This document shows positions 26,298 through 29,737 of a stretch of DNA of 29,737 bases, piece after piece. Origin of the DNA: Flavobacteriales bacterium (lineage in GTDB: Bacteria > Bacteroidota > Bacteroidia > Flavobacteriales_D > Sanyastnellaceae); assembly GCA_028825055.1 (NCBI GenBank), contig JAPKAW010000001.1, positions 1 to 29,737 of the forward strand, written 5' to 3'. Every line of letters begins with the position of its first letter. Positions within the stretch are counted from its first letter, which is position 1. Under the pieces are notes generated by a model. The model was not told the origin of the DNA, ran no database searches, and was given only the letters and a program-made list of their open reading frames with translations. A program made the position numbers and the translations under genes.

Positions 26298-26810
26298 ATG
26301 AAAAAAGTATTTCTCTCTTTTGTTGCAGCTTCTATAGCGGTTGCCTCTTTTGCCCAGGATGACGCTGTTCTTCAGCCAAAAGGATCATGGTATCTAGGAA
26401 GTGCTAATGCGACAGACATCTTCAAGATTTTCTCGAATGACGGAATGAATGTAGATCCTTTCGTAGGCTATGCAATTGCCGACAACATTGCGATTACTCT
26501 CGGAGTTAACTTAAGTTCTATAACTATTGATGAGCCGTCTTTGACACAATCATTTTCCGAGATTTCGGTTGGAGCAGCGTACTTCTTTGGAGATAATTTT
26601 TTCGGTCAAGCTGGTGTTACAATGGGTGCTACAGACGATGGTAATGAAAACACAACGAGCATGACGTCAATTGGCCTTGCTCTGGGCAAGTACATTCCTG
26701 TGCGTGACATGTGGTACGTGAGCCCTTCCTTAGGATACAACACTGTGACCATGGACGGAGGTTCAGGTTCAGGAGCTGCTTTGGGTATCACTTTCGGAGC
26801 TCGTCTCTAA
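26298..26810 (+). CDS. Small outer-membrane beta-barrel protein (OmpA-TM/porin-like family)
   Basis: Signal peptide (SFA|Q); alternating amphipathic strands; ends LGITFGARL. Start set at ATG 26298. Confidence 0.75.
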   Translation: MKKVFLSFVAASIAVASFAQDDAVLQPKGSWYLGSANATDIFKIFSNDGMNVDPFVGYAIADNIAITLGVNLSSITIDEPSLTQSFSEISVGAAYFFGDNFFGQAGVTMGATDDGNENTTSMTSIGLALGKYIPVRDMWYVSPSLGYNTVTMDGGSGSGAALGITFGARL

Positions 26811-26829
26811 AGTTTACGGACTCAACAAG

Positions 26830-26858
26830 AAAGGGGAGGCATTAGCCTCCCCTTTTTT
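26830..26858 (+). terminator. Intrinsic terminator
   Basis: AAAGGGGAGGC-ATTA-GCCTCCCCTTT followed by further T residues. Confidence 0.85.
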
Positions 26859-26959
26859 CGCGCTAATAATCCATCATTTACCGTTCCATATCAGTTAGCA
26901 GACCGAGACAATTCAAGCGAAGACGATTCTAGCGCTTTCAGTTTTCTGTACTATCGAAA

Positions 26960-28042
26960 CTATCGACTTACTGCAACACGATGAATCGCACCATCAATTT
27001 TCACGAGGTAAAGTCCTGGGTCCAAACCAACAAGTTCGAAGTGCCACGTATCCGTGCTCGTATTGGATGCTGGTAAATCCAAACGTTGTCCGCTGAGGTT
27101 GAACCACTCCACAGATTCAATCGGCCCTGAAGATGAAGCAGTCAGGTATGAGTTCGCTGGATTGGGGTAAACTCGAGTGTCCTCATTGGAATAGGTGGTC
27201 GTTGCATTTGCTCCTCCAGATTCCATGCCTTCAAATGCATGTGCAGGCATGTCGAACAAATCGTCGTCGTCATTTCCTTCGTCGTCGTCATTCCCGACTC
27301 CTTCTCCAGGCCAATCAATGCTGCATGTTTCAAATGAATCTTGCCATTCCAACAGTTGCTCCTGATTATTCTCTTCAAGTATAAAGTTGAAGACCCAGTC
27401 CCCTCGAAAAGCCACGGTTCCGTCGCATTGAATGCCAAGAAATCCAAAGGGGCGTTGGAAGAAATTATTGTAGACAGCATTGTCTGGATTGTCTGCATAC
27501 AAGTTATACGGAAAGTTGAATTCTGGGGCGCTGTTCCACGAGTCTAGAGACCATCGGCGGTAAGCGTAATCCGGCGATTGGACCACGGTTGTGTCGGTCG
27601 AAGTCGTTGGAGGGCAGTTGCTAGGACAGTTGCCATCTGTCGGGTGAGCTTCAATGCCATACACGAAGATGTAATTGAACATGTCCTGCGTGTTTTCAAT
27701 GAATTCACTGACGACAAAGTAGGATTGATGGCTTTCAACGGAGTTAAATGCATTCCTGAAACGCAAACAAGAAACCGATCCGTTGATGATGACAACGGGT
27801 TTTTCGCCTGCGAGTTCTTCATACAGATTTATGGAATTGCCATCAAAATCGTACACTGTAAAATTGAAAACAGTATCACCAACGTGATAGCCGCCTGACA
27901 TATCATTCAAAGAGCCATAAAAGATGAGGTCATCCACGGCCTCCATGTCATCGGGTTGTTCTGAAATGCCAAAATCACCGTATTGAGCATGCAGAATAAA
28001 AATGGAATGCAAAAGCAATCCAATAGTGAGAAGATGTTTCAT
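26960..28042 (-). CDS. Secreted iodothyronine-deiodinase-like (thioredoxin/peroxiredoxin-fold) protein with T9SS type-A C-terminal domain
   Basis: KPVVIINGSVSCLRF matches DIO RPLVLNFGSCTUPxF; FVYGIEAHPTDG matches IYIEEAHPSDG; ADNPDN...RP matches VDTMxN...P. Acidic linker, then VYPNPANS...FNLSGQ...LDPGLYLV tail. Confidence 0.75.
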   Translation of the reverse strand: MKHLLTIGLLLHSIFILHAQYGDFGISEQPDDMEAVDDLIFYGSLNDMSGGYHVGDTVFNFTVYDFDGNSINLYEELAGEKPVVIINGSVSCLRFRNAFNSVESHQSYFVVSEFIENTQDMFNYIFVYGIEAHPTDGNCPSNCPPTTSTDTTVVQSPDYAYRRWSLDSWNSAPEFNFPYNLYADNPDNAVYNNFFQRPFGFLGIQCDGTVAFRGDWVFNFILEENNQEQLLEWQDSFETCSIDWPGEGVGNDDDEGNDDDDLFDMPAHAFEGMESGGANATTTYSNEDTRVYPNPANSYLTASSSGPIESVEWFNLSGQRLDLPASNTSTDTWHFELVGLDPGLYLVKIDGAIHRVAVSR

Positions 28043-28068
28043 TTTCTTGAGTCAATCAAACAAACAAC

Positions 28069-28093
28069 TGCGAACAGTCTAAAAATGTTCGCA
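28069..28093. repeat. Inverted repeat (terminator or operator) upstream of the deiodinase-like gene
   Basis: TGCGAACA (28069-28076), 9-nt spacer, TGTTCGCA (28086-28093). Confidence 0.5.
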
Positions 28094-28173
28094 TTCGATT
28101 AAGCCTGGGATTTTGTTCAGGCCTCCGGTTCTAAAATTGCAACGGCTGAGTCCATTGCAAAAGGATACAGAGC

Positions 28174-29736
28174 CTAATTTTTAACAGCGCGAATTGTACG
28201 GGTGTGAGTGCCTTGTTCCATCCGAATAGAATAAATCCCTGGCTTCCAAGACGCTGTTTTCAAAGGACCAAACGAGTTGGAATTGTTCAATTGGATGTTT
28301 TGCTGAACGACGAGCTCTCCCAACGCATTGTAAACCTGAATGGATGTAATCTCGTTTCCGTCACGAGCAATGTTCCCTATGAAAAGAACATCCGAGAATG
28401 GATTGGGAAATGCGATGGCTTGTTCGTTCCAGTCAACGCTGTTCACATCGACAGTTGCGTTGACATTGACCTGTTGATCCAAATCGCTGAAAGAGAAAGA
28501 GCCATCATAATCAAAAATTACAGCGATCGGTTCCTCCACATCATTCAAAGCTTGAATGCTACATGATCCATCCACGCCTCCAAATGCAGCGCCGTTCATG
28601 CCGTCGCCATAGTCATCCATCAATGTAAAAGTGAAGCATCCCGCACTCGGAAGGCTCACACCAATCTCATATTCCGTCAGATTGCTGTAGGCATTGGGCC
28701 CAGATTGTTGAACCAGAGAGCCTCCTTCATCGCGAATCTCCCAGGAGGTTTCATCGGCCCAGTTGTCCGTGTTCAACGTGATGAGCCATTGGGTCGTCCC
28801 TTCAGGTGATCCCGTAATGGATGCGGAGATGACATCATTGAGCGGGTTCAAATCCGGGGTTGTAATTTGAACGTTTACTGTGGTTGCAGCTTCAAAAGAA
28901 TAGGTGCCCATTTCAACGATTGCTGATTGGTATGATGCCAAACTCCCTTCCCATGGTTGCTCCAAAACGATGGAACCATCGACGACCAGTCCCAATTGGA
29001 CACTGGTGAGTTCATCACTACCCCAGTTGGTTAGAGATACAGCGACGTTCAGTGGGTCTGCAGAGCAAATGATCGTTTCGCCCAAGTACTCGGAAATACC
29101 AGCATCGGATGTAATTGCAGGTGTCATAGCCAATTTCCAATTGGTGTCCATGTAATCAAATGTTCCCGGATCCATGCTCATGCCATTGATGAGGTAAACC
29201 TCATTGTTGATGACAAAGGAAGAGGGGGCCCAACGGGACATGCCCGGATGCGCAGGCCATTGCGTCCAAGAATCGTCCAAGGGGTCGAATTGCCAAAATT
29301 CACCTGTAGGCATGGAGGTATGGCCTTCTCCGTCTCCGCTCAAGGCGTAGCCCATTCCATTATGAGCAAATTGGGCGCCGGCGACGCGACCTTGGTCCGG
29401 CAACGTGGTCATTTCCGTCCAGCTTTCACCTGTAGGGTCATACCGGTACCATTCGTTGAAAATTTCTGTGCTATGGTGACCGAAACCAACATATACCTGC
29501 CCATCGATTCCAAATTGATACGGGTGGTGGCGTTGCGTGTCAGGAAATGTTGGTTTTTCCGACCATGTGTCGGACTCCATGTCATATTCCCACCAATCAT
29601 TCAGGTCTCCAGTTGCTGAATTTCCAAGACCAACATAAATGTGATCGTCAATGGCGACGAAAGCGGGGTGCATCCTGGCGTCACACGGACATGATGCTTT
29701 CTCTTCCCAATTTCCAGTCGCCGGATCAAAGACCCA
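28174..29736 (-). CDS. Kelch-repeat protein with Ig-like/CARDB region and T9SS type-A C-terminal domain; 5' end lies beyond the right edge
   Basis: The frame stays open to the edge (WVFDPATGNWEEKASCPCDARMHPAF...), so the track's start at 29673 is internal. Kelch-like blades (GLG..DWWEYD, GFG..EWYRYD, LSG..EFWQFD); TDNWADETSW...DDYGDG domain; FPNPFSD...YNALGE...KPGIYSI tail. Confidence 0.8.
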   Translation of the reverse strand, partial: WVFDPATGNWEEKASCPCDARMHPAFVAIDDHIYVGLGNSATGDLNDWWEYDMESDTWSEKPTFPDTQRHHPYQFGIDGQVYVGFGHHSTEIFNEWYRYDPTGESWTEMTTLPDQGRVAGAQFAHNGMGYALSGDGEGHTSMPTGEFWQFDPLDDSWTQWPAHPGMSRWAPSSFVINNEVYLINGMSMDPGTFDYMDTNWKLAMTPAITSDAGISEYLGETIICSADPLNVAVSLTNWGSDELTSVQLGLVVDGSIVLEQPWEGSLASYQSAIVEMGTYSFEAATTVNVQITTPDLNPLNDVISASITGSPEGTTQWLITLNTDNWADETSWEIRDEGGSLVQQSGPNAYSNLTEYEIGVSLPSAGCFTFTLMDDYGDGMNGAAFGGVDGSCSIQALNDVEEPIAVIFDYDGSFSFSDLDQQVNVNATVDVNSVDWNEQAIAFPNPFSDVLFIGNIARDGNEITSIQVYNALGELVVQQNIQLNNSNSFGPLKTASWKPGIYSIRMEQGTHTRTIRAVKN

Positions 29737-29737
29737 C

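Noticed and set aside
27261-27300. GTC/GAC-rich low-complexity stretch (reads TCGTCGTC on the plus strand)
   Set aside because: It encodes the acidic linker GNDDDEGNDDDD before the CTD; not an independent DNA repeat.
27767-27769. Possible selenocysteine recoding in the deiodinase-like gene
   Set aside because: The codon is TGT (Cys) and the ORF has no in-frame TGA.
2507-29619. Numerous 60-170-aa ORFs overlapping the long genes (for example 4188-4691, 4837-5355, 24758-25210)
   Set aside because: Antisense or alternate-frame shadows of well-supported CDSs, with Arg/Ser-rich, non-protein-like composition.
1-29737. CRISPR arrays, IS elements, rRNA, prophage genes, defence systems
   Set aside because: I saw no regularly spaced repeats, transposase, integrase, phage or nuclease motifs.

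Overview
A 29.7-kb window from a Bacteroidota genome, most likely a marine Flavobacteriales (inferred from type IX secretion (T9SS) C-terminal domains, a TAnnTTTG promoter box and the gene families). About 21 real CDSs and one tRNA-Arg(UCG) are supported; most short ORFs in the track are antisense or out-of-frame shadows. Left to right: GlpF-type MIP channel (partial) divergent from an OprO/P-like porin; an IgGFc-binding/T9SS type-B protein; two secreted proteins; a T9SS-tagged flavin amine oxidase; a ~1.3-kb integrase-free mini-island (16-bp duplication of the tRNA-Arg 3' end) carrying one secreted pentapeptide-repeat gene; two tandem T9SS-tagged arylsulfotransferase-like genes; a lipid operon (secreted alpha/beta-hydrolase-like protein lacking the nucleophile Ser, ynbA-like, ynbB-like, plsC-like); an mbnP-mbnH pair in which MbnP carries a T9SS domain; Crp/Fnr-YceI-CDGSH; an LmtA-like methyltransferase; a CotH/LTD giant; an outer-membrane barrel; a T9SS-tagged iodothyronine-deiodinase-like protein; and a Kelch/T9SS protein (partial). 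The most striking theme is enzymes normally cytoplasmic, periplasmic or eukaryotic (deiodinase-like, monoamine-oxidase-like, ASST, MbnP) fused to T9SS export tags. All family calls come from motif recognition by eye, with no database search.
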